A stretch of 64,000 bases of DNA. Source: Alphaproteobacteria bacterium. GTDB lineage: Bacteria; Pseudomonadota; Alphaproteobacteria; UBA828. Numbering within the stretch: the first letter of the stretch is position 1; each line of letters opens with the position of its first letter. The stretch covers positions 32,001 to 96,000 of the forward strand of contig CAXXMU010000002.1 of assembly GCA_963667785.2 (NCBI GenBank), given 5' to 3'. Shown piece after piece: positions 28,981-38,548 of this stretch. The notes beneath the pieces were generated by a model. The model did no database searches. It worked only from the letters and a program-made list of their open reading frames with translations, and had not been told where the DNA came from. The position numbers and the translations under genes were made by a program.

Positions 28981-30703
28981 GCGCTCCCGCTCGCCGACGG
29001 CGGCAGGCCTCCGTCGCGGCCCCATCGAGGGCGCCGTCCGCGTCGATGACGACGCCGTAGTCGGCGCGCGCCGCCGCTGCGCCGACGTAGCCGTCGAGCA
29101 CGTCGTCGAGAACCGCCTCGGCGGGGCGGGCGAGGGGGTCTCCGTAGCCGCCGCCACCGCCGGTCACGATGCGCACGCGGTCGCCGCGCGCGAGCGCACC
29201 CTTCTGGGTGCGCCCGTAACGCTCCGCCGCGCCGTTCCGCACGATCTCGTAGCCGTTGCAGGAGCCGGGGCCGCCGCCGGCCATGCCCCAGGGCCGCTCG
29301 GCGTTGCGCCCCATGCCGCCATAGACGAAGGCGTCGTCGCCCAGGATCTCGTACTCGCGGATCGCGCCGAATCCCCCGCGCCAGCGGCCGGCGCCGGCGC
29401 CGGCCTCGGTATTGAGCGCGTAGCGGTGCATCCGCAGCGGCGCGCGCGCCTCCAGCAGCTCGAGCGAGTAGTTGTATAGATCGCCCTGCGGGGCGGCCGG
29501 CAGCACGCTGGTCCCATCGGCGCCGGCTGCTGCGCCGAAACCACCGGCGGATGCTTCGATGTGCACGAACTGCTCGCCGGTGCCGGGCCACCGGGCGCCC
29601 AGCAGCACGACGCAGATGCTCATGTAGCTGCCGGCCGTGAGCCGCTCGGGCACCAGCGGGGCCATCGCCTTCCAGACCAGCTCCGCGCCCTGCGCCATCG
29701 GCTCGTAGAACCAGCCCATCGCCGCCGGCGCGCGGGCGTTAAAGACCGAGCCTTCCGGCGCGGTCACCCGGAGCGGGCGATACCAGCCCTCGTTGGACGG
29801 CCCGTGAGGGTCGACGATCGCCTTGAACACCACCTTGACGCCGCAGAGCAGCATCTCCAGCGAGCAGTTCATCGGGCCGGGAAGCTGGTCGCAGGAGCCG
29901 GCGAAATCGAACTCGATCTCGTCGCCCGCGATCGTCATGCGCATGTGCACCGGGTACTGGGTGTCGCTGAAGCCGTCGCCGTCGATGAAGTCGTCGGCCT
30001 CGTAGACGCCGTCCGGCAGGGCCGCCACCGCCGCGCGGGCGAGCCGTTCGCTGGTATCGAGCACGTGGTCGAAGGCGGCCAGCACGGCGTCGGCACCGTA
30101 CTTCGCGACCGCCTCGCGGAGCCGGGTCTCGCCGATCCTGAGCGCGGCCACCTGCGCGTTGAGGTCGCCGAGCGACATCCGCGGCAGGCGGACATTGGCC
30201 GCGATCAGCTCGACAAGCTCCTCCTGCCGCTCGCCGGCGCGGTAGAGCCGCATGATCGGGAAGCGGATGCCCTCCTGGTAGATCTCGACGGCGTCCGGCG
30301 AGAGCGAGCCCGGCGCCATGCCGCCCACCTCGGTCCAGTGGGCGTAGGAGCTGGCGAAGGCGATCAGCCTGTCTTCCTCGAAGATCGGCGCGACGAGCAG
30401 CACGTCGTTCAGGTGCGAGCCGCCGAGATAGGGGTCGTTGGTCATGAAGACGTCGCCGGGGCGGATGGTATCGCCGTACTTCGCGGCAATCGCGTTGATC
30501 TGCGGCCCGAACAGCGCCGAGAAGGCGGCCACCCCGTGCGAGCCGGCGATCAGCCGGCCGCGCGCATCGGAGATGCCGCAGCCGAAGTCGTAGACCTCGT
30601 AGATGACCGGGCTCATCGCGCTGCGCGCGAGCACGACGCCCATCTCGCGCGCGAGGGCCTCGAGCTTGCCCCGGATGATCTGCAGCGTGACCGCATCGGC
30701 CAT
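28961..30703 (-). CDS. Hydantoinase B/oxoprolinase subunit
   Basis: S.MSP.I.E..D, NDPYLGGSHLND, H..EVGG..PGS, YQEG, GAGRWRGG.G, TGGGGGYG.P. Confidence 0.9.
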   Translation of the reverse strand: MADAVTLQIIRGKLEALAREMGVVLARSAMSPVIYEVYDFGCGISDARGRLIAGSHGVAAFSALFGPQINAIAAKYGDTIRPGDVFMTNDPYLGGSHLNDVLLVAPIFEEDRLIAFASSYAHWTEVGGMAPGSLSPDAVEIYQEGIRFPIMRLYRAGERQEELVELIAANVRLPRMSLGDLNAQVAALRIGETRLREAVAKYGADAVLAAFDHVLDTSERLARAAVAALPDGVYEADDFIDGDGFSDTQYPVHMRMTIAGDEIEFDFAGSCDQLPGPMNCSLEMLLCGVKVVFKAIVDPHGPSNEGWYRPLRVTAPEGSVFNARAPAAMGWFYEPMAQGAELVWKAMAPLVPERLTAGSYMSICVVLLGARWPGTGEQFVHIEASAGGFGAAAGADGTSVLPAAPQGDLYNYSLELLEARAPLRMHRYALNTEAGAGAGRWRGGFGAIREYEILGDDAFVYGGMGRNAERPWGMAGGGPGSCNGYEIVRNGAAERYGRTQKGALARGDRVRIVTGGGGGYGDPLARPAEAVLDDVLDGYVGAAAARADYGVVIDADGALDGAATEACRRRRAGAHGPSRG

Positions 30704-30744
30704 GGGCGGATCATAGCACCGCGCCACGCCCGAGGCGTTCTGGA

Positions 30745-32376
30745 CTAGGGAGCCGCCAGCGCGCCGTCGTCGCGATCCCGGGCGGCCCTCTCGGGCGAAC
30801 GCCGGCCGGCCTCGCCATAGCCCGCGCCGCCGCCGGTGCTCATCACCACGAGGTCGCCCTTCGCCAGCCGGAAGCTCGTCTTCGAGCCGAGCGCGATCCG
30901 CTCGTTGCCGCGCAGCACGCAGACCGACGCGGCGCCGCCGTCCTCGCCGCCGAAGAGCCCCTCGGGCGGGATCGCGAAGCGGTCGGAGTAGGACTGGTAC
31001 TCGACATCGTCGGCCAGCACCTCGTAGACGCGCCGGATTCCGAGCCCGCCGCGCTGCTCGCCGCCGCCGCCCGAGCCCAGCACGAGCGCGTACTCCACCA
31101 CCCGGAAGAACCGGTGCTCCATGTCGATGGCTTCGATGGGAATGTTCGAGCAGTTCGAGAGCGGGCTGTCCACCGCATCGCAGCCGTCGCCCAGCGCGCT
31201 CGCGCCATAGCCGCCGCCGAATATCTCGAGATAGATGCCGTAGCCCCCCTCGCCGAGGTGCGAGAGGCAGGTGGCGTGGGTGGAATCGAAGCCGGCCGCC
31301 ATCACCCGCTCGGGCACCGCCTCGGCCAGCGCCTTCATCACCGCGTTGTAGGCGCGGTAGGCCGACAGCATGCGGGCGCGCACCGGCGCAGGGGGGCGGG
31401 GATTGAGCATCGAGCCGTAGGGTGCTGCGATGCTGATCGGCCGCTTCGAGCCTTCGTTGAAGGGAATGTCGGGGCTCGTGAGCACCGACTTGATGCAGGA
31501 GAGCCCCGCCGCGATGGTCGACGCGAAGGGGCAGTTCACGTTGGTCCGGACCTGATCGCAGGTTCCCGCGTAGTCGACGGAGACGCTGTCGCCGGCGATC
31601 TCCACCCGCGCGCGGACCACCAGCGGCTCGTCGTTCACCCCGTCGCCGTCGAGCTGATCCTCGCCGTGGTAGACGCCGTCCGGCGCCGCGGCGATGGCGG
31701 CACGCATGCGCTGCTCCGAATAGTCGAGCAGCGCGGCCATCGCCTCCGTCACCGCGTCCGCCCCGAACTTCTCGCAGAGCTCCGTCACGCGCCGCGCGCC
31801 CACCCCGTTCGCCGCGAACTGCGCGTTGCAGTCGCCGATGGTCTTCTCCGGCACGCGCACGTTCGCGCGCACCAGGCGCTCGAGCGGGCCGCCGTTCCAG
31901 TCGCGGTTCACGTTGTAGCGGCTCGGCGGGAAGATGAGGCCTTCCTGGTGGACGTCGCCGGCGGCCATGTTGAGCCCCGGCGCCCCGCCGCCGAGGTCGA
32001 GGTGGTGGGCGACGGTGGCGCTGAAGCCGACGAGCCGGTCGTGGAAGAAGATGGGCGTGAAGATGAACACGTCGGGGACGTGCTGCCCGCCGTGGTAGGG
32101 GTCGTTGTTGATGTAGAAGTCGCCGGGCTCCAGCGTCTCTGGCGGATGGAGCTCGGCGCAGGGCCGGAAGGTGGTGCCGATGGGGCCGAGCTGCATCGCG
32201 ATCAGCTCGGCCTGGCTGACGACGTTGCCCTTCGCATCGAGCAGCGCGGCCGAGCAGTCGTTCGCCTCGCGCACGATCGGCGAGTAGGCCGAGCGCACGA
32301 GCTTGATCCCCATTTCCTTCGCGGCCGCGACCAGCGCCTGGGAGATGATCGCCTGGTCGACCCGGTCGAGCGCCAT
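30745..32376 (-). CDS. Hydantoinase B/oxoprolinase subunit
   Basis: RSAYSPIVREA.D, NDPYHGG.H.PD, HHLDLGG, QEG, G..RGG.G, TGGGAGYG. Confidence 0.9.
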   Translation of the reverse strand: MALDRVDQAIISQALVAAAKEMGIKLVRSAYSPIVREANDCSAALLDAKGNVVSQAELIAMQLGPIGTTFRPCAELHPPETLEPGDFYINNDPYHGGQHVPDVFIFTPIFFHDRLVGFSATVAHHLDLGGGAPGLNMAAGDVHQEGLIFPPSRYNVNRDWNGGPLERLVRANVRVPEKTIGDCNAQFAANGVGARRVTELCEKFGADAVTEAMAALLDYSEQRMRAAIAAAPDGVYHGEDQLDGDGVNDEPLVVRARVEIAGDSVSVDYAGTCDQVRTNVNCPFASTIAAGLSCIKSVLTSPDIPFNEGSKRPISIAAPYGSMLNPRPPAPVRARMLSAYRAYNAVMKALAEAVPERVMAAGFDSTHATCLSHLGEGGYGIYLEIFGGGYGASALGDGCDAVDSPLSNCSNIPIEAIDMEHRFFRVVEYALVLGSGGGGEQRGGLGIRRVYEVLADDVEYQSYSDRFAIPPEGLFGGEDGGAASVCVLRGNERIALGSKTSFRLAKGDLVVMSTGGGAGYGEAGRRSPERAARDRDDGALAAP

Positions 32377-32387
32377 GGTCTCCCGCC

Positions 32388-34409
32388 TCAGTGCGTCAGG
32401 ATGACATTGTTATGCGCGTCCATGCGCGCGCGCCAGCCCGGCGGCACGTAGGCGGTGGAGGTCTCGTCCGCGATGAGCAAGGGCCCGTCGCCCTCGCCCG
32501 CCTCCATCAGCGCGCTGCGGTTGATGCGGCGGGCCGGCCGGCACGCGCCGCCGTCAAAGATCGTGACGTCGGCCGCATGCGGCGCGGCGTCGGTGTCGGC
32601 GAGGCGGGGGACGGCCGGCGGCGGCGAAGCGATCCCCAGCCGGAAGGAGACGATCTCCGGGCGGTTGGTCCGCGAATCGTCGAACTCGAAGATCCGGTGG
32701 TGCGCCTCGTTGAAGCGCTCGCGCAGCAGGCCGGCGTCGAGACCCGCGATCTCGTCGGCGTCGAGCGCGACCGGGACCTCGAAGGCCTGCCCCACGTAGC
32801 GCATCTCGAGCGTGTGGGTGTAGCGCAGCCCGCCCGCGAGCCCGAGCGCCGCAAAGGCCGAGTCCGCGTCCTGCCGCATGGCGGCGAACTGCGCGCGCAC
32901 GCGCGCCGCCGCGCCATCCTCGTCGATGGCGATGCGCACCGTGCGGCTCTCGTAGCGGACGAAGTCCGAGGCGACGAGGCCGAAGGCCGACAGCACGCCG
33001 GCCGCGGGCGGGACGACGATGGTCGAGATGCCGAGCACCTCGGCGACCCGTGCGGCATGCAGCGGGCCAGCGCCGCCGAAGGGCACGAGCACGTAGTCGC
33101 GCGGGTCGCGGCCGCGCTCCGTCGAGACGAGCTGGATCGCGCGCACGATGTTGTGCTCGGCGACCCGTATCGCGTCGTCCGCGACCTGCTCGACGCTGCG
33201 CTCGAAGTGGGCGGCCAGTGCGGCGAAGGCCTCGCGGGCGAGCGTGGGGTCGACGTCCATGCGCCCGCCGAGGAAGGTGTCGGCGAGCACGCTGCCGCGC
33301 ACGAGGTGGGCGTCGGTGATGGTGGGCTCGGCGCCGCCCCGCCGGTAGCAGGCGGGGCCGGGATCGGCGCCGGCCGAGCGCGGGCCGACCCGCATCATGC
33401 CGCCGTCGTCGCGCCAGACGATCGAGCCGCCGCCCGCGCCCACCGTCACGATGTCGAGCACGGGAATGCGGATGGGGAGGCCGTCGATCTCCGCGTCGCT
33501 GGTCAGCACCGGCGTCCCGTCCTGCACCAGGCAGACGTCGGTGCTCGTGCCCCCCATGTCGAAGGTGATGAGGTCGCGATGGCCCGAGCGCCCCGCCTGC
33601 CGGATCGCGCCCATCACGCCCGCCGCCGGTCCCGAGTAGAGCGCGGTGATGGCGTTGCCCGCCATGCCGCTCGCGGGCAGCCTGCCGCCGTTGGACTGCA
33701 TCAGGCTGAAGCGGCCGCCGAACCCCCGGTCGTCGAGGGCGCGTCCGAACTCGCCCAGGTAGCGGTCGATGACGGGCTGCACGTAGGCCGCGAGCGCGGT
33801 GGTGGACGCGCGCTCGTACTCGCGGAACTCGCGGGTCACGTCGCTCGAGCAGGTGATGCCCGTGCCGGGGAAGCGCTCCGCGACCAGCGCGGCCACCCGT
33901 CGCTCGTGGGCGGGGTTCGCGTAGCTGTTGAGGAGGCAGATCGCGACGGACTCGTAGCCGGCACCCTGCAGCGCCTGTGCGATGCGCTGCCGCGCGGCGG
34001 CGTCGTCCAGCGCGGCGACCACCTCGCCTTCGGGCCCGATGCGCTCCGGCACCTCGAAGGTGTCGCGGCGCGGCACCACCGGCTCGGGCTTCTGGTAGTG
34101 GATGTCGTAGATGGAGCGGCGGCTCTGCCGCTGCAGCGCGAGCAGGTCGCGGAAGCCCTCGGTCGCGAAGAACGCGACCCGCGCTCCCTTGCGCTCGAGC
34201 ACCGCGTTGGTGGCCACGGTCGAGCCGTGCACGAGGTCGCCGGCGCCCTCCAGCGCGAGGCCCGACTCGTCGAGCGCGGCGATGGCCCCGCGGTGGGGCT
34301 CCTGCGGCGTGCTCGGCACCTTGGTGATGCGCACGCCGTCCGCCTCGAACGCGACGAGATCGGTGAAGGTGCCGCCGACCTCGACCCCCACCCTGGTCGG
34401 TCCGCTCAT
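32388..34409 (-). CDS. Hydantoinase/oxoprolinase subunit A
   Basis: EVGGTFTD, HGSTVATNAVLE, REYERASTT, SGPAAG, DMGGTSTD, GAGGGSI, FGGAGPLH. Confidence 0.92.
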   Translation of the reverse strand: MSGPTRVGVEVGGTFTDLVAFEADGVRITKVPSTPQEPHRGAIAALDESGLALEGAGDLVHGSTVATNAVLERKGARVAFFATEGFRDLLALQRQSRRSIYDIHYQKPEPVVPRRDTFEVPERIGPEGEVVAALDDAAARQRIAQALQGAGYESVAICLLNSYANPAHERRVAALVAERFPGTGITCSSDVTREFREYERASTTALAAYVQPVIDRYLGEFGRALDDRGFGGRFSLMQSNGGRLPASGMAGNAITALYSGPAAGVMGAIRQAGRSGHRDLITFDMGGTSTDVCLVQDGTPVLTSDAEIDGLPIRIPVLDIVTVGAGGGSIVWRDDGGMMRVGPRSAGADPGPACYRRGGAEPTITDAHLVRGSVLADTFLGGRMDVDPTLAREAFAALAAHFERSVEQVADDAIRVAEHNIVRAIQLVSTERGRDPRDYVLVPFGGAGPLHAARVAEVLGISTIVVPPAAGVLSAFGLVASDFVRYESRTVRIAIDEDGAAARVRAQFAAMRQDADSAFAALGLAGGLRYTHTLEMRYVGQAFEVPVALDADEIAGLDAGLLRERFNEAHHRIFEFDDSRTNRPEIVSFRLGIASPPPAVPRLADTDAAPHAADVTIFDGGACRPARRINRSALMEAGEGDGPLLIADETSTAYVPPGWRARMDAHNNVILTH

Positions 34410-34569
34410 GGGAATGGCCGTGCCTCTGGACGCTATGCGTCGGCCGGCACCCAGGGGGGAAGCGGCGAGCCGGCGGGGACTTCGACGCGAATGACGGGCA
34501 TCGGCGGGTCTCCTGCTGTCGTCGTCGACGGGTGGCGGGGCGCGAACCTCGGATGGACGGAAACGGGGG

Positions 34570-34613
34570 GCGGAAAAGGAAAGACCGACACGCCTCACCC
34601 GGGAATGTCGGTC
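34570..34613 (-). terminator. Probable terminator downstream of tRNA-Met
   Basis: GACCGACA...TGTCGGTC stem followed on the minus strand by TTTCCTTTT. Confidence 0.5.
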
Positions 34614-34617
34614 TCGG

Positions 34618-34693
34618 TGGTAGCGGGGGAGGGACTCGAACCCCCGACCCATGGATTATGATTCCACTGCTCTACCGACTGAGCTACCCCGCC
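34618..34693 (-). tRNA. tRNA-Met (CAU), elongator type
   Basis: GGCGGGGTAGCTCAGTCGGTAGAGCAGTGGAATCATAATCCATGGGTCGGGGGTTCGAGTCCCTCCCCCGCTACCA: 76 nt, CAT anticodon, encoded CCA, no initiator GGG/CCC anticodon stem. TTGACA upstream at 34734-34739. Confidence 0.95.
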
Positions 34694-34784
34694 CCAGAGC
34701 CGGATGCGCATCGCTATACGCGCCCTCGCCGCCTGTCAAGCGCAGGCTCCTTCCGCCGTCCGGGCGGGCTCCCTCGCCCGTCTG

Positions 34785-35621
34785 TTAGCCGCCCGACTTT
34801 CGACAGAGGATCTCGATCGGCACCGCGCGACGCTCCCTCAGCGCGCGGGCCGAGTTCGCCATCGCATCCTCGGCGAGCGCACCGTGGATCAGGGAGACGG
34901 CGCGGTGCAGCGGCTTTCCGCCGGCCTCGACCGCGGCGCGCGAGCGGGCGCCATAGGCGAGCGCCGCCTCCGTCGTCTCGCGCACGCTCTCGACGGCGAA
35001 GCCCGAGGCCGCGAGGTTCTCGCAGGTCTCGTCCCGGGACGTGAGAAAGCTCGACGCGGCGGTCCGCGCCCACGGCGTCGGGAAGTCCGGCTCGCCGCCG
35101 GGCCCCTGCGCCGCCTCTGACAGCATCAGCCAGGCGCCGGGCCTGAGCACGCGGTGGATCTCCCGATAGAGCGCGCCCTTGTCGGCGATGTTCATCGAGA
35201 CGTTCATCGAGTAGGCGCCGTCGAATTCGGCCTCGCCGTAGGGCATCGCCAGCGCATCGCCCTGCGAGATGGAGACCCGCTCCTCGAGCCCGAGCAGGGC
35301 CGTCAGGTGGCGCGCGACGTCGCAGAACTCGGCGGTCAGATCGATCCCGCTGACCCGGCAGCCGAAGCGACGGGCCATGTAGCGCGCGGGCCCGCCGAGG
35401 CCGCTGCCGATGTCGAGGATGTGATCGGACCCGGTGACGCTGAGCAGGCCGGCCATGTCCTCGGTCGCCTCCAGGCCGCGGCCGTGGAAGTGATCGTAGG
35501 GCGCCAGCGCGTCGAGGGTCGGCCGCCGAGGATCGATCCCGTCCTCCCGCAGCATCGCCTCGAGCCGCGTCAGCAGATCGCCGCTCGTGTAGTGGGCGGA
35601 AATATCGCGTGCATCACTCAC
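34785..35621 (-). CDS. Class I SAM-dependent methyltransferase (sarcosine/dimethylglycine MT-like)
   Basis: DHFHGRG..AT, ILDIGSGLGGPAR, GIDLT, GDAL.MP, RVLRPG. GTG start inferred. Confidence 0.85.
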   Translation of the reverse strand: MSDARDISAHYTSGDLLTRLEAMLREDGIDPRRPTLDALAPYDHFHGRGLEATEDMAGLLSVTGSDHILDIGSGLGGPARYMARRFGCRVSGIDLTAEFCDVARHLTALLGLEERVSISQGDALAMPYGEAEFDGAYSMNVSMNIADKGALYREIHRVLRPGAWLMLSEAAQGPGGEPDFPTPWARTAASSFLTSRDETCENLAASGFAVESVRETTEAALAYGARSRAAVEAGGKPLHRAVSLIHGALAEDAMANSARALRERRAVPIEILCRKSGG

Positions 35622-35775
35622 CGGCCAACCCCTTCCTGCGCGGCCGGCCGCGACGATAGCAGGCCCGGGCCGCCGCTCCCATGCTCGCACCCGGCCTCGC
35701 GCCCAGGCGGCGCCCGCTCGCGCCCGCCCCGCCGACCGCGCGGCTCGGCGCGTGCTAAGGTCCCGCAGCACGGGC

Positions 35776-36726
35776 ATGGTGGGCGAGATGGCGTCTGGCG
35801 GGGCGACGAGCGCGCAGGAACCGGGGACGCCGTCGCGGCGGCATCAGGTGGTGTCGTTCATCCTGCTCATCGTCTGCGGCGGCACCTTCGGGCTGATCTT
35901 CTCGGCCAACAAGATCGCCGTCACCGGCGGCATTCCCTTCTTCGCCTACGTCTTCTGGCAGACCCTCGGCGCGGGCCTCGTCCTGCTGCTGTTCGCCGCC
36001 GTGCGCGGCCGGCGCCCGCGCCTGGGCTGGCCCTACCTGCGGGCCTACTTCGTCATCGGCTTCTTCACCCTCGCCTTTCCCTTCGTTCTCCTGGCCTTCA
36101 TCGCTCCCAAGCTGCCGGCCGGGGTGATCAGCCTGGGCGGCACGCTCAGCCCGACGATCACCTACATCCTGGCGCTGGCGCTGGCGATGGATCGCTTCCG
36201 CTGGCTGCGGATCGCCGGCATCTCGCTCGGCCTCGCGGGCGTCCTGCTGGTGGTGCTGCCGGAGACCAGCCTGCCCGAGCCCGGCATGGCCGGCTGGGTG
36301 CTGCTCAGCCTGCTGGTGCCGGTCAGCTACGCCTCCGGCACGATCGCCGCCGCGCGGCTCGCGCCGGCCGACGGCGACTCGCTCACGATGGGCAGCGGGC
36401 TGCTCTTCGCCTCGGCGATCATGGTCTTCCCCTTCATGGCGGGCAGCGGGCAGTGGTGGTTCTTCTCCGGCCCGATGAGCGACAGCGACTGGGCGCAGAT
36501 CGGCGCCGTCCTGATCAACGCCGCGTTCTTCTATCTGCTGCTGGAGATCGTCAGGCGCGCCGGGCCGGTGTTCTTCTCGACCCAGAACTACGTCGCGACC
36601 CTGGCGGGAATCGGCTGGGGCATCCTGATCCTGGCGGAGAGCCACAGCGCCTACATCTGGGGCGCCCTGGCGCTGCTCTTCGCCGGGCTCTTCCTGGTGA
36701 CGCGCCGCGGCCCGCGCGCAACGTAG
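35776..36726 (+). CDS. DMT/EamA family transporter
   Basis: About ten hydrophobic segments in two repeats, with PAGVISL..L.P, GI.LGLAGV.L, RAGPVF, WG..IL.E. Confidence 0.88.
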   Translation: MVGEMASGGATSAQEPGTPSRRHQVVSFILLIVCGGTFGLIFSANKIAVTGGIPFFAYVFWQTLGAGLVLLLFAAVRGRRPRLGWPYLRAYFVIGFFTLAFPFVLLAFIAPKLPAGVISLGGTLSPTITYILALALAMDRFRWLRIAGISLGLAGVLLVVLPETSLPEPGMAGWVLLSLLVPVSYASGTIAAARLAPADGDSLTMGSGLLFASAIMVFPFMAGSGQWWFFSGPMSDSDWAQIGAVLINAAFFYLLLEIVRRAGPVFFSTQNYVATLAGIGWGILILAESHSAYIWGALALLFAGLFLVTRRGPRAT

Positions 36727-36839
36727 TCCGCCGGCGGTGCCCGCTTCCGACGTCCAGGGCCAGGGGGGCTAGCGGCAGTCCTCCGCCGGGGCGCCGCAGC
36801 CTTCCCTGACGATCAGCGCCGCCGCGGCCTGCCGGCCCA

Positions 36840-38366
36840 TCAGCGTTCCGGCACGCCCCCCTCGGCGACCCGGCGCGCCACGAAATCGTCGAGCTCCTCG
36901 GCGATGGCCGGGTCCAGCCGCGGTGGCTCGTAGTCGGCGAGCAGTTGCTTCCAGATCCTCGTCGCGCGATCCGAGGTCTCGACCGCGCCGTGGTCGCGCC
37001 AGTTCTCGAAGTTGCGCCAGTCCGAGAGCATCGGCCGGTAGAAGGCGGTCTCGTAGCGCGCCATCGTGTGGTTGCAGCCGAAGAAGTGCCCGCCGGGGCC
37101 GACCTCGGCGATGGCGTCGAGGCCCAGCTCCGCCTCGCTCGTTTCCAGGGGCTTCAGGAACTCCTGCATCATCTGGATCATCTCGGCGTCGAGGATGAAC
37201 TTCTCGTAGGAGGCGCAGAGCCCCCCTTCGAGCCAGCCGCACCCGTGGATGATGTAGTTGGCCTGGCCGAGCACGACCGGCCAGAGGGACATCTGCGCCT
37301 CGTAGGCGGCTTGCGCGTCGGCGGCGTTCGAGGCCGTCGCGTTCGAGGAGCGCCAGGGAAAGCTGTAGCGCCGCGCTAGCTGGCCGCTGGCGATGGCCGC
37401 CTTGGCGTATTCTGGCGTGCCGAAGGCGGGCGAGCCGCTCTTCATGTCCACGTTTGAGGTGAAGCTGCCGTAGACCGCCGGCGCGCCGGCGTTGACGCAT
37501 TGCGAGAAGACGATTCCCGCGAGCGCTTCGGCGTTCTGCAGCACCAGCGCGCCGGCGACGTTGACCGGCGCCATCGCGCCCGACAGCGTGAAGGGGGTGT
37601 AGACGACCGGCTGGTTCAGCTCGGCCATCACGATCGCCCCTTCCAGCAGCGCCTTGTCGTAGATCAGCGGCGAGTTGGAATTGACCACCGTGTGAATGGA
37701 CGGCTGGCTCAGCAGGTCCTCACGGCTGACGCCGCGCGCGATGCGCACGATCTCGATGGCGTCCGCCATGCGCTCGCCGCCGATCGCATAGCCGAACTGC
37801 GGCTTGTCGGTGAGGCGAACCGCCGCCGAGAGCGCGTGCAGATGGCGCGTCCGCACCTCAAGATCGCACGGCTCCACCGGATAGCCCGCCAACGCATGCA
37901 ACGCGTTGAGCGCGTGGCTCAGACGGATCAGGTTCTGGTAGTCCTCGAAGTTGCCGGTGATCCGGCCGCGCTCGCGGTCCGACACGTTCGGCGCCGATCC
38001 CACCGTGCCCCAGATCGCACTGTTGCCGCCGAATTCGAGATCGCGGTGGTTCGAGCGGCCGTGCAGGACGAAGCGCGACGGCACGGTCGCGAGCTTCTCC
38101 TCGACGAATGCGGGATCGAAGCGGACGCGCTTGCCGTCCTCGTCCACCGCTGCGCCTGCCTCGCGCAGGATCTCGACCGCGCGCGGGAGCTGGAACTCCA
38201 TGCCGTGGTCGCGCAGCACCCGCAACGAGGCGCGGTGTAGCGCCTCCACCTGATCGTCCGAAATCACCTTCATCGGGGCGTAGGGGTTGCGAACCTGCCC
38301 GAAGGGCGACTGCGCAACGGTGTCTCGAGCGGACGCTCTCCGTTCTCGGGCCCTGCCTCGTCTCAT
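36840..38366 (-). CDS. Trimethylamine methyltransferase (MttB) family, non-pyrrolysine
   Basis: NSNSPL.YD, PFTLSGAMAPV..AGAL...NAE.LAG, VDMKSGSPAFGTPE, HGCGWLEGGL..SYEKF. GGAGGAGG RBS. Confidence 0.92.
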   Translation of the reverse strand: MRRGRARERRASARDTVAQSPFGQVRNPYAPMKVISDDQVEALHRASLRVLRDHGMEFQLPRAVEILREAGAAVDEDGKRVRFDPAFVEEKLATVPSRFVLHGRSNHRDLEFGGNSAIWGTVGSAPNVSDRERGRITGNFEDYQNLIRLSHALNALHALAGYPVEPCDLEVRTRHLHALSAAVRLTDKPQFGYAIGGERMADAIEIVRIARGVSREDLLSQPSIHTVVNSNSPLIYDKALLEGAIVMAELNQPVVYTPFTLSGAMAPVNVAGALVLQNAEALAGIVFSQCVNAGAPAVYGSFTSNVDMKSGSPAFGTPEYAKAAIASGQLARRYSFPWRSSNATASNAADAQAAYEAQMSLWPVVLGQANYIIHGCGWLEGGLCASYEKFILDAEMIQMMQEFLKPLETSEAELGLDAIAEVGPGGHFFGCNHTMARYETAFYRPMLSDWRNFENWRDHGAVETSDRATRIWKQLLADYEPPRLDPAIAEELDDFVARRVAEGGVPER

Positions 38367-38548
38367 GCATTCCTCCTCCAAGGCCTCCGGCGCACGAGCT
38401 ACCGTACGATGCTTCGGGTCCCCCCCGATATCGAAATCTGGCCTCTGTCGCATGTCGGAGGCCGATACTGGCAGCCCCGCAGGGTCGCGGTCGCAGCGTG
38501 CTAAAGTCCCACAGTGAACAGTGCGTCCGGCAGGCCGGGACAGCGACG

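Noticed and set aside
36840-38366. Pyrrolysine-containing MttB
   Set aside because: There is no in-frame TAG; the Pyl position region reads GWLEGG.
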